This document shows, in pieces, positions 13,050 to 23,941 of a stretch of DNA of 64,000 nt. Each line of letters starts with the position of its first letter. Position 1 is the stretch's first letter. Origin of the DNA: Dicyema japonicum. Its lineage: Eukaryota; Animalia; Dicyemida. Location: positions 124,001-188,000 of the forward strand of contig RDEW01000039.1 in the NCBI GenBank assembly GCA_011109175.1, given 5' to 3'. A model generated the notes under the pieces. The model was not told the origin of the DNA and ran no database searches. It saw nothing but the letters and a program-made list of their open reading frames with translations. The translations under genes were made by a program, and so were the position numbers.

Positions 13050-13951
13050 ATGACTAGAAACTGTAAAGTCAGTCTACATCGAGAGTTGACAGAAAACAGC
13101 TCACTTGAAAAAAGTTGAACAAAATGAGAGTTTTGTATATCCGAGGACGAAAATCACGACTCAAGTAATAAATAGACCCAGATTTTATCCCTCCGTCGGC
13201 TGAAGGTACCGTTTTATCAATAAAATGGCTCAGATTCAATCCAAGGAGTCGAGTATGTTGATATTTCACTGCTCAGCACACAAAAACACGTGCACGTTGT
13301 TTGGTCTCTCTTAGATCTAAGCCCGACAACAAAATTTGTAAATGTGTCAGCATTATGTGCGATTTTTCCGACGTTTGGATTCCTTTATAAAACAGAGTGG
13401 CTAAGTTTCATCTCCTAAAGACTGTTCTTGTTCGACAATATGTATTTAGGTGATCCTAATTTCCTTGATTTACAACCCTTTCTTCCAGACTGTGGTTCAC
13501 CTGTTGTGACGGCGCCTAGTGTCAAATGGACATGGAAAAGAACCATTAGACCTACCACACTAGATATTTCCACGGGGGTGGTTTCCACTCTGAGCTTAAA
13601 TCACTACAGTACCCATTGTCTCTTGGCAGCTGGAGCCATGTTTAAACAGTTTCAGTCAAATTCATGATTGTAGTCCTCCTTCTAAATTTGTTTCTGCTTC
13701 AAAGATATATGATTCAGCGTCTTTATATAGTAGTCTCTCGAGACCTCTTTATTGATTTACATAAAGTGAGTAGTTATATTTGTGTAGTCTTAGCTAATCG
13801 TGTTCGCACAATGATGATATCACCGTTACCCCGCTTGTATACAACAAGCACACTCCCCAGTGTTTTCTTTGACAAACTATCAGAATATATGATTGAAGAA
13901 GCTCCATATATTTTTAAAGAATATAGAGACATCCCATCCCAGGTAGAATAA
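13050..13951 (+). CDS. Possible hypothetical multi-exon gene
   Basis: Adjacent same-strand ORFs with candidate mini-introns (e.g. gtatgttgatatttcactgctcag). No family recognised. Confidence 0.25.
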
Positions 13952-13999
13952 TCGCTATGATTTTCATAAATTATTTATGATTCACCTGCTAACGTCAGA

Positions 14000-14530
14000 T
14001 TTCGAGAATCATCGACAAATTAAAAAGGAATATGTGACCGTCAGATGATCACAGCCTCCTTAAGCAGCCTTCTCATCTTTTCTTGGTGTTCGTCCCGTGA
14101 ACGACGCGCTTCCTGCATGTATGAGACACTTTTCGGAATTTCGGAGATGTTTATAGGACTTCAATTCTCCTCACAAGTTCCTCGAAAGGAATTGGCATTA
14201 GCGCAGGGAAGAGAACCTTTTTAGAGCCCCAGTGATTGTTGGTTGGAATCTTCTTTAGTTTCGTATTGGACAGGTTTGTCCCTTATTCAGTACAGCCATA
14301 GCTGATTGTCGTTGTATGTATTCCACATAAAGTGAGCTTAACGTTCAGAAAAACAGCCAAGTAGTTTTTTTACCAAGTTTAGTTTTAGCTGGGAAAAGGA
14401 TATGACGTTGCTAACATGTCTACTGAATGTCATGAGGGGGTTGTAAGTGACCCAGTAACTTGATAGAATTTTCGAAAAACACAGCCCTTCCGGAATGAGT
14501 AGGTAATGTTTCCATTACTTAAACCCACCT
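14000..14530 (-). mobile_element. Jockey/I-like LINE, RT C-terminal relic
   Basis: The reverse strand is homologous to the other Jockey-like post-RT segments in the window. Confidence 0.5.
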
Positions 14531-14539
14531 TAGGCAGAA

Positions 14540-14770
14540 CTCGTACTTTATTTTAAAAAGAACATTAATGTTTATTAATCCAAGGCACATCCAAGAGATT
14601 GAAAGTGTTTGTGACTTCTTTTCTTTTGGTTTGTGTGTGTGAGTTCCAGAAGACAATCCAACTCCGCAGGAAACACTTATGACGACCCCAAAGCATCGTA
14701 GATATGTGGAACCTTCAGCCGAATTGACAGCAGCGAGATTCGAACCGGGGACCTCATGATTTCGGTCCAG
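14540..14770 (-). mobile_element. SINE family 1 copy
   Basis: B-box ggttcgaatctcgctgctg, core gaaggttccac..tctacgatgc and ctgcggagttggattgtct, tail aaataaagt..gttctgcct. Confidence 0.75.
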
Positions 14771-14858
14771 AAATTATTTAATGTTAAAAATATTTAAATT
14801 AAAGAGAAAATTTAAATTATTACTAATTAATTAGTATAAATAATATCGATAGTTTTAA

Positions 14859-16231
14859 ATGTCTCGTTTACGGGGTCCTCTCGTGGAAAGGCTTTGTAAT
14901 TTGGCCCCCTGTTTTCCCTTACAATTCAAAGATATAAATATTTTATATTCCGCGGACCAATTTTATGAGGTCCTGAAAGTAAAATAAATAAACTAATAAA
15001 TTGTAGAAAAATATTGCTTCTGCCAAAAAACGGATAATCATGTCATCCCTGTATTTTGGGAGTGGGCAGAGGGAACAAACCATTGTAGATCTATTTATCT
15101 CAGTTTTAGTTGGATTTAATTCATAATAACATGGAAACTCACGAGAATCTCAAAACGAGCATACTTTTGGACCTTTCGCGTTTTTTTAGAGATCAAGGTC
15201 GTAATTTCGTCATCAAATTAGGAGTTCTCAAAAAGCTGGAAAAATTTGAGCCGCGATTTAATTTCAGTCTATTTTCTCCAAATTTCTTAAATTTTGGGGA
15301 GATTTGGGGGTTCAGCACATGAAATACTACATAACTGACGAAACTGTCATCATTACAGGGTTCCACGTGGCTATAATTTTAAGAGCTAATCTGAGTAGTA
15401 ACTATTTATCAGACAGACTCGACAGATATTTTGTGATCAAGGAAAATTCAAATTTGATCGAATTTCTCAGCGAGTTGCATAAAATAATTGAAGACCACTC
15501 AAATTTCAAGAATGCAGGCTTGAAAGAACACGTAGAAGATCTATTCCACCGTTTTAAAGACAGGTCCGACCTTTCAAGTGATATTCTGATATTCCCATTC
15601 GTCCAACTTGGGAGCTCTAATATTCGCATGGAGGATGACTTTTTTGAGTTGTTCTTTGGGGCAATTAAATGGACTGAAGACTTGTATTTTTCGACTGCCT
15701 ATTTTAATCCCCCACTTGCTCTTATGAGAAATCTCGGCCGTCTTTCCTCCAATTTTTTAGCTGTCACTTCCTCCCCATCTGTAGAATTGGGTAGATAAAT
15801 AGTAGGCGAATTCGTTTTTTGCTGCCTCCGGTTATAAGTCGTACGTGGTCCCTTTTTATGAAGAGATTCAGCGTTCGGTTTATTCCTGTGTCGACGGACT
15901 CAAATTATTCCAATGGAAGGCTGATAGTCGCCATAAAACGTTTCACGCTAAAGGAATTTGGGCTTTCGACTGTGAGCAGGCAGAAGGAGACAAGGTCACG
16001 ATAACAGTGATGGGGTCATCGAATTTTGGAATGAGATCAGTAAACAGGGATTTGGAGTTGCAATTTGTGCTGGTGACAAATAACAAAAATATTGAGGAGG
16101 AACTGAAAAATGAAGTCAAATCAATATTTCTTAGTACGCAAGAGGTCTCAAGAGAGGATTTACCGTCGCCTAATGAAAAATTGCCTTTTTATTTTAAGCC
16201 GTTGACTTTCATTGTTAAACATTTATTGTAG
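14859..16231 (+). CDS. PGS1: CDP-diacylglycerol--glycerol-3-phosphate 3-phosphatidyltransferase (PLD superfamily)
   Basis: Spliced frame: SAKKRIIMSSLYFG, ILLDLSR, GVQHMKYYITDETVIITG|ANLSSNYLSDRLDRY, STAYFNPP, SPS|ANSFF, TFHAKGIW, MGSSNFGMRSVNRDLE. Introns of 28, 25, 35, 24 and 25 nt. Confidence 0.92.
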
Positions 16232-16629
16232 AATTACTATATTTTCATTTTTTTAGTAGGAAAACTGATTTTATTATTTTATTTCTTAAAAATTGGTTAG
16301 TTGGTCGGACGGTGGAGGTTGTGACCTTCCTCTGTTACACTCGATGTCTAGATGAAAGTCCATGTCTTTCTTCTACTAAGCGCAGTGTAAACCATGGCAG
16401 TTAATGAGGGTCTCATGCCGCAATCACGTTTCCGATTTCGTTAATGATTCCATTACAAATTGTCCCAAACACTCCTGAGATTAAGAAGACGATGCGGAAA
16501 CAATCCCCAAAGGGGAGTATTCTTAAGTCGATGACATTTATTTTACGTCTCAGTTGCAATTGTGACGTTCCTCTATTGTACGGAATATGTTCATCCCCTA
16601 TATTGACTAACACTCAATAATCGTTAAAA

Positions 16630-16830
16630 AATCAATCCGGGGGACATACGGTAGCCTCCCTGACTGCGTGGCTATCTCTCTCAGGAATAAACGAGATTCG
16701 TCCAAATCGCCAGCAGCGCCCATTGAGATCTCCAATGCGTGTAGAAATTTGCTTTCCTAGAAGACCAGGAACCCGAGCGTTGAGGTTGCAAGGGAACCGT
16801 ATGTTTCAACTGAGAATATGCCGCAGATTA
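16630..16830 (-). mobile_element. CRE-clade RLE 3' fragment (degenerate)
   Basis: The reverse strand gives VETYGSL and ESRLFLRERIA-like segments. Confidence 0.45.
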
Positions 16831-16899
16831 ATATCAATTTGTGGTTAAATATTAGGAACCACATCAAGACAATGTAGCCATTCGAGTCGGAATGACTCT

Positions 16900-17150
16900 G
16901 ACTTGATATGGTGGGATATACAGAAAAAGCCCCTATTCTCTATCATGCATTGAAACGCTGGAAAATTCCCTTGACACATGTCATCAAGAAACTCATTAAA
17001 AACAGTGGCTTCACTTGTCTACTATAGACTATTTGACACCACAGCGGAAACTAGAAGAGGATAGATGAGACGAAAACGTTATCACAAAGAAGTATCTTTA
17101 CTGGGATTCCATTTGCAAAGACACCTTGAACGCGAATATTCTCAGGATTT
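16900..17150 (+). mobile_element. Possible R4-like RT fragment
   Basis: HALKRWKIP..IKKLIKN followed by a degenerate RGIFxGD-like segment. Weak match. Confidence 0.3.
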
Positions 17151-17199
17151 CAATATGTGCGAGATTCGACCCTGTATCGCCGAATAATATAAAAAATAT

Positions 17200-17420
17200 T
17201 AATTTTTGACGGATCAAATGGATTAGACTTGAGTTTTGTCCTTGATTGATGTTCTATCCTTTACTCAGAGACGCCCATCCCTGGCCGGCATTCAAAAGGA
17301 TCCATCTATCCATTCCACAGGGAGACAATTTCGCTCAATGGTGACGAGTTTTGGAATCGACCTCAGCTCCCCGGACAGCTCTCTGGATCACTGTACTTGG
17401 GTGAGGTTCTAACTGGGAAA
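17200..17420 (+). mobile_element. SINE family 2, diverged copy
   Basis: gacgcccatccctggccggcattcaaaaggatcc matches the core of 31425-31685. Confidence 0.5.
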
Positions 17421-17929
17421 GGAAATCAGTTTGGTTTTAACCTCGGTCTTTGGAATAATTTAATTAATTTCCCCGAAAGTTCATGCTTTGGCACACTATA
17501 GAACGAGAAATTAACCATTTCGATGAATTTATTTCTCTGATGAGAGCCAGTATATTCAAGGACAGTTTAGGATTGAAGATCTCGCAGAAAGATAAGGGGA
17601 TAAAGAGTCTACTGGCTATCAAAATCGTCGAGGTCAATATCTTGGCTGCTTTCTCGAAGAAAAACAATTCTCTGCAAAATCAGATTATTTGTCCTTCAGT
17701 AAGGGGGTGACTATCAGACATAGCATTTCGTTTAAAAAACTTTAATTACTTGGATCCTCCAGTTTAAAAGTATCTGTTGAGTGAGGAAAGTCCCTAATTT
17801 TTATATTCTGTAAAAAAATCAATGATTTGGTATTGCATAGTTAACGATTAACATATTTTTACTAAATTCCTGAGTACCAATTTAAAATAATGAACATTAT
17901 AAACTAAAATAGAACTGGTCCCACGTGGA

Positions 17930-18340
17930 TACCTGCTCGTGGAGTAGACTACCTTCAATTGTAGCGAACAGACCCAACATCTCTCCTAAAAACTATCAAA
18001 TCTACGAATTCTCTCGTTGCTGCCCTGGATACATCATAGCATATTCCACGTGGATACATCACCAACCAGCACCTCCATTTCCCCAGAGGTCATTGATCTA
18101 TTGAGCAACACCAAAGTATCAACTTTGTTTGTTTAGAACTTTAGTTTCTGAGTTTCCTGAAGCTATAGAGGTACGGGACCACCTCAACCTTATAAAGTAA
18201 CTTCACGGAATCCAGATTGGAAGTAAAGTCAATCAATTTCAGACCCTACTTTGCTTCTAAACAAAATTTTCAAAGTCATATCAGTCTCCTCCTAAGTTCT
18301 TCAATTATAAAATTATCCCATACGTCATAACAGTGACTCA
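17930..18340 (-). mobile_element. LINE RT C-terminal relic (degenerate YADD, GLKL and YFGV motifs)
   Basis: The reverse strand reads TVMTY.DNFII-EELRRRL..FCLEAK.GLKL..YFGV with frameshifts. Confidence 0.5.
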
Positions 18341-18424
18341 CAAGTCTTTGACAACATCCCAAGTTCTTCAACGGTAACATTGACTCATAATTATAGCAGT
18401 TAACAGTGACTCATGGTTTAACAA

Positions 18425-18746
18425 GGGCCGGGTGGCACAGTTAAGGACTGTACAATAAGTGTGACTGTACATCAATAAGTCCCGAGATTAGCTCTCATTT
18501 GAGACTTTTTGGAGACGTCCTGAGGTTGGACCCGACATCCCCTGAATATCGCCATGGAAGATTACTACTCCTCAGATGTAAAACACTTTCGTGGAAGACC
18601 GAGAACAACCCTCCCGGTCGTTTTACAAAACGATCTGAAAGCCGTAAAGAAAACATTGGCATCTGCTGACAACCTGGACACACTGAGGGATCTGGCTAAG
18701 AACAGAAAAGCCTGTAACAAGCTAACTCTTTCCTTATATGTGCTAA
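18425..18746 (+). mobile_element. 5'-truncated RTE-like LINE 3' end
   Basis: HFRGRPRTTLPVVLQNDL..DTLRDLAKNRKA. A 24-nt duplication taacagtgactcatggtttaacaa occurs at 18401 and 19081. Confidence 0.85.
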
Positions 18747-18756
18747 TAATAACAGT

Positions 18757-19077
18757 AGCCTGGTGGCTTAGTGGTTAGGTGTCGGGCTTAAGTGGCTTAG
18801 GCTACGGGTTCGAATCTCGCTGCTGTTCACCTGGTGGAAGGTTCCACGCATCTACGATGCAGAAATGGTTTGACGAGTGACGCCGTCATCAGTGAATTAT
18901 CACTGCGGAACTGGATTGTCTAGAAAGGACACTCACACAAGAAAAAGAAAAAAAGAAGTGAAGATCATTCCTACGATTAGTTAAAATTAACTCTCTTTAC
19001 TTAAATAAAGTGTGTGTCCTGCCTATGCGGAGCTATAAAATACTATGGCTCTCGTGAAAAGGCTTTATTATTATTAT
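18757..19077 (+). mobile_element. SINE family 1, full-length reference copy (tRNA-derived head, RTE-like tail)
   Basis: A-box tggcttagtgg (18764), B-box ggttcgaatc (18807), tail ggctctcgtgaaa..(tat)n, 10-bp flanking duplication taataacagt. Confidence 0.85.
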
Positions 19078-19594
19078 TAATAACAGTGACTCATGGTTTA
19101 ACAATGTCTTAGACAGCATCCTAAGTTCTTCAACGGTAACATTGACTCGTAGATCATAACAGTTAACAGTGACTCATCGTCTAACAATGTCTTAGCTTCC
19201 CAAGTTCTTCAACGGTAACATTGACTCGTAGATCATAACAGTTAACAGTGACTCATCGTCTAACATTGTCTTAGCTTCCCAAGTTCTTCAACGGTAACAT
19301 TGACTCGTAGATCACAAAATGACTCATCGTCTAACAATGTCTTAGCTTCCCAAGTTCTTCAACGGTAAACAGTTAACAGTGACTCACTGAGGGCAGCAAT
19401 ATTTATTTCATAAACCTCTTATGATAAAAACTAAGATTAAAAATAAAATATTTAAGAATAAATGGAACAATTATGGCATTCCTGGGAATACTAAACTATT
19501 CTGTGGTGAACATGATTTTCGAGAATAACAAGTATTAACTAGATTGACACTCGAATAAAAACATAAATATATACAGAGAATAGTAAAAATAAGA

Positions 19595-19862
19595 CTAATA
19601 TTTTCTTGACCTCCTTTTATCACTTGATTTCTTTTTTTCCTTCAACGTTTGTGTCGATTTAACGATATTTACGAGAAATCTCTTATTCACTGTGCGTTTC
19701 TTTACAATCCTAGAATAAATGAGTAAACAAACAAAGATGATGTTCCGTATTTTTCTTCGTTTTCTTTCCGAATTTGTGCATCCCTGATTATTTCTTGTAT
19801 GGCTAATCTGTTATATTTATTATTAATTAGTACTTTGTCAATATCTCGTCAGTACTATCCAT
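19595..19862 (-). CDS. POLR1D isoform-2-like small protein (3 exons, about 72 aa)
   Basis: Removing a 26-nt (19808-19833) and a 23-nt (19710-19732) intron gives MDSTDEILTKLAIQEIIRDAQIRKENEENTEHHLWIVKKRTVNKRFLVNIVKSTQ.., matching ELERKAIEELLKEA..GW..TNKRFLINTIKNT of human POLR1D isoform 2. Confidence 0.75.
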
Positions 19863-20009
19863 TATAAAAAAGGAACACCTAAACAATAGGAATAGGATTA
19901 TTTATTTAATTTTTTTAAATTAAATATTATTTGTATTATTAAACCATAAATTTAATAACCGAATAAGTTAATAATTCATTTATTTTTTAATAAATAATTA
20001 CAGTCCTCA

Positions 20010-20275
20010 AAGGTCGGTGACGCAGTGCAACAAGTGCCGAGCAAAAGGTCTGATGGTCCCTAGTTCAAATCTCATTGATGTACATTCCGGATGAAGGTTC
20101 CACGAATCGACGAAGGTTTTACGCATTGATGACGTCATCAGTGAGCATCTAACTGCGTAACCGGACTCCCTCATCGATTAGTTATTATAACTTTATTTAG
20201 AATAGTCTGTTTCATGCCTGAGGAGAACTATAGCTAATGCGGCTCTTCGTAGAGTGCAGTATTAAATCCTCCAGT
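20010..20275 (+). mobile_element. SINE family 1, diverged copy
   Basis: gaaggttccacgaatcgacg, gacgtcatcagtga, tail ggctcttcgtagagtgcagtattaa. Confidence 0.7.
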
Positions 20276-20369
20276 GAGAACAACTGTTGCATCCAGTGAC
20301 ATTGATGAAGACGACATTGAGGGAGACAATGAGTTGGTGGGGTCGAAAATTTTGTTATCGTATATGACT

Positions 20370-20730
20370 CAAACTTTCTGTATGATTGTAGATATTTTGA
20401 TTATGTAGGGAACAAAGGGCAGCTCGGTAACTAGTAGGACGTCATCGTGGTCGGATAAATTGTTCATAAACTGTGGCAAGGCTCTGAGATCACTTTTAGG
20501 ATTCTCATTTTCTTTAGAGCAGAAGTTACCTTGTTCTTGACATGTCGGATAAGGAATGTCTCTGGTCAAATGTGACCCCAATAATCTTGATGTTTTGTTG
20601 ATAGTAACAACCTCATTCTTCATGAGGATTTTTTGGTTCGACACATAACTATTTTTTGTACGTTGTAAACACGTGACAGAGGACTTTGCTGACGTTCTTG
20701 TTAGCCACGGGTGACCGAGAGTAAATAAAT
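20370..20730 (-). mobile_element. Jockey/I-like LINE, RT thumb-region relic
   Basis: KTSRLLGSHLTR segment, homologous to 4940-5040. Confidence 0.55.
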
Positions 20731-20989
20731 AATAAATTAATTCCATTTTCATAAATCTTGTAAATTTGAAATTCCCGATCTCAAACAACAACAACATTTT
20801 TTATTAAAGACCGAGACATAGCGATAGTTATGGGGGATTGAGGCCTGGATTCTGGATTCTTTCGCAGTTTCACTCCTCCTTCTTCAAATCGAGTTTTCGT
20901 AGACACAGAAGTGCTTGGTAAGCCTTTTTATTTTTTTTATTTTAGCATCTTCAACATAATCTCCTCTACGTCCAAAACAGACACCCAAA

Positions 20990-22100
20990 TAACACAAATG
21001 ATCAATATTACTGATACCAATCAATGTGTACTCCTGTTGAAACAATTTCTATAATGTAAAATTCTCATGGCTTTTGACTTTTCCATTGAGAGACTTAAGC
21101 CATGGGATTTACAACACTGGAGAATTTCTTCCAAAATCCACATAATATTTTCTCAGACACCACCGGACTTTTAGAGATGTCTGATATCAGTACGTCGTCC
21201 GCGTAAATAATCACGTTAGTACTAGCATTCCTGGGAGCTGGAAAATCTCTCATAAATATATTAAATAGCAGAGGAATCAAGACTCGTTGCTGTACATTCC
21301 GATGATGGTGGCACTCCCCTCTTCATAACAATCTCTTCAGAAGTAAATCCTCCACATCTCACAAATGATCTTATCTTTGTCAGAAGATTTTTGAACCAAT
21401 CAAGTAAAAGTTTTGGGATTTCAACTGCGACTACTGACAAAACACTACGCCATGCCAGACACTATTGAAGGCCTCCGATAAATACAGGCAGACGACACTC
21501 AGCTGATATTTGAAGTTCCTGGCCTTCTCAATCTAAGAGTTCAAGATGAAAAAAAATCTCCACATGATCTCTCTGACGAAAGCACCATTGTTCCTTGCTG
21601 AGAAAATTCCATGATTCGATATGGCGTGTAAGTCTTTTATAGATAAGCCTCTCCATGATTTTTGAAATTGAGATTATTAGACTAATAGGTCTATAGCCCA
21701 AGGGATCCGTCCTCGATTTTCCTGGTTGTGGGATCATCCGAATAATTGAAGCTTGAGGTACATATCCCATATAGAGACTTGCACAAAGGACTTGCTCCAA
21801 TAATAACAGAGGACCTCAAAAAGGCAATTCGGATTCTCCTTGAATAACTTAAGGTGTATCCCGTTTATTCCAGGAGCTTTATCACGTCACTCCATAATAG
21901 TTTGTTTCACCTCTTCTTTAGTAATGATTTCCATGCGCCATGTCCCAAATGCTCTTCCTGAATTTTCATACTTGAAAGAGATTCTTTGGGCATAGATCCT
22001 TTTGATCAATCCTTGAATGCCCTCAAGCAGCTCCCAAAAAGCAATAGGAGCATCCGCCTCGGTGACAACACTTCCATTGGATCTCTTCAAATTAATAACA
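20990..22100 (-). mobile_element. Jockey/I-like LINE RT relic
   Basis: PGKSRTDPLGYRPISL, LSKEQWCFR, PLLFNIFMRDFP, IIYADDVLI. Confidence 0.85.
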
Positions 22101-22329
22101 TCTGATTTAGATCCAGGAGTTAAAAGCCTCAGATAAGACTTCTAGAATTTGGGTTTTGGTGTCCAACCTTCCTACTTCATTCTTCCATTTTTTATTGACT
22201 TCTTTTTCAAATAAAAAATCTATAGTCTTCTGAGTAACTCGTATTCTTCTTTTCAGAAATTCTCTGTCCATATAATTCAAACATCGTCTTAACTATGTAC
22301 GAAGGCGATTTCGTTCTGAAATTTCCCAC

Positions 22330-22796
22330 TTGATATGGGTAGGACAGCAGCTTTAGGATCTCCAGAGAAAACAGATTTTTGGAGAAGCTCGTCCTTGTGA
22401 AAGTCTAGGAAATTTTTCCTTATAAACCGTTCTCGCATGGACACAAAAATGTTAGATCAACTACAAGTCATCTCACCACTCCAAGTAACTCCATTCGCTC
22501 TTGTTTCTTCAACATGCACAGACATCAGAAAACCGGATTACGCTGAATTGACGTCTCAAAGCATCGATTCCGTTCCCAGAAAGAATCTTACTTGGAATTT
22601 TTTTCAGGTGGATATTAATGTGAATTTTAAACTCTGGCTGGCTAATTTTTATAGAGGCCAGAAGGGAGGAGTCTGCCTTATAAACATACTATCAGTTCCT
22701 TGGCTTTTTCCTAATTGGTTATCGCAGAGTTCACCATTATCCTTCTACTTTTCAAATTATTAGTGACTGAAATACGAATACAAATAATTCGAAAGG
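22330..22796 (+). mobile_element. Degenerate RT fragment directly upstream of tRNA-Glu (homolog of 4230-4780)
   Basis: SIDSVPRKNL and PNWLSQSSPLSFYFSNY (decayed GVPQGS region). Same junction to the tRNA as in the first copy. Confidence 0.7.
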
Positions 22797-22868
22797 TCCG
22801 CATTGGTCTAGTGGTTAAGATTTCGGATTTTCATTTCGACAACCCGTGTTCGATTCCCGGATGCGGAA
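22797..22868 (+). tRNA. tRNA-Glu(TTC)
   Basis: 72-nt cloverleaf TCCGCATTGGTCTAGTGG..TTTTCAT..GTTCGATTCCCGGATGCGGA followed by a T-run. One T-stem mismatch (CCGTG). Confidence 0.8.
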
Positions 22869-23219
22869 TTTTTTTGTTGTTCTGAACGATGATAATAAAT
22901 TACATGATGCTCTTTCAGAACATTTTACTCGCGGTCATCATGGATGACCAATACGTCCGAGTGTTTATCGCTCCACAACATCATTTTTGAAGTGTGCCGC
23001 TGGAATCTTCCCACTTCTAGATAAGAAGGTGTGATGTCAATAAATGCTGACAATTCCCCTGCATCGACAACGATGATTCTGGCATGTTTTCAACTCCAAA
23101 CGGGTAGAGATCCAAATGCGGGCTAATTGGGAAGGTGTCAATCCATGCTCCCTTTTCTTTAGATCTTCCAGGGATCAAACAGTTGATTCATATTTTTAAG
23201 TAGCCTCTCAAATTTATCT

Positions 23220-23600
23220 TCACATGATTTTATCCTTCTGGATTACATCACGGCGTATGATGTTAATGGAGTTTTTGATGTAGATCTTGAGAATAAGATA
23301 CTGGATTCTCTTGTAGTGTTGTACTAAAGTCCGCGAAGCATTAATTGCCTTTTCACAACCTCTCAGAGTGCCGACCCCAACTTGGGCTGGTTGCAGGTGT
23401 TCTACTTGCCTGGGGAGAACTGTCATGCCAACCTGTTTTGCCGCTAGACGACGGAAAACGAAACCCACAACAATGGGTCGGACTCCTCCAATTTTTCCGA
23501 AATCCAGTAATTTGGAGGAGAACATGATGTGACGAATCGTTTCTGGGAGTTTCCCAGAGAGAATTCTGTTCATTAGTTTGGTGATTGCCGAGACAAACAT
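23220..23600 (-). mobile_element. CRE-clade RT, N-terminal domains
   Basis: GGVRPIVVGFVFRRLAAK, QVGVGTLRGCE, LILKIYIKNSIN. Confidence 0.85.
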
Positions 23601-23941
23601 GATGCGGAGCTGTCTTTGTTAGGGTGTGTGAATAGTTTCAACTGATCCTTACCCCCTTTCTTGCGGCAAGGTCAATCGCCCTCCTTTAGCTCTAGTCCAC
23701 TTAATGTCTTCATTTCCTCAATGTGGATGTAACCTCTCACCTCTTTTCTTGAACTCAAAAACAATCGGATGCGCGAACTTAGGTAATAGAGGCATCGGAT
23801 GCACAATGTTTGGGTTCGAATCCCACGTGGGTGTTTGGATTCGAATTGAAGGAACTTGGGAGAACAAGATAATTATTAGTTAGTAATTCTCCTGTTCTTA
23901 ATAATTATTTAAAATACAAAGTTGACACAATTAGTAATAAA

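Larger units (their letters stand above)
18290..19390. repeat. 79-bp minisatellite interrupted by a 656-bp retroelement insertion
   Basis: aagttcttcaacggtaacattgactc units start near 18360, 19122, 19201, 19280 and 19351 (last unit shortened). Confidence 0.9.

Noticed and set aside
16290-16420. snRNA or spliced-leader RNA gene
   Set aside because: GC-richer stretch, but I recognise no Sm site, donor or conserved stem.
18290-19390. CRISPR-like array
   Set aside because: Units are head-to-tail with no unique spacers, there are no cas genes, and the context is eukaryotic.
22330-22868. tRNA-targeted LINE integration (Dictyostelium TRE5-like)
   Set aside because: Both copies share the same junction and downstream flank, so they are one event duplicated, and the RT breaks off mid-domain rather than ending in a LINE terminus.
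23765-23835. Additional tRNA gene
   Set aside because: Only a B-box-like gggttcgaatccc is present. No cloverleaf can be formed, so it is at most a SINE-head remnant.
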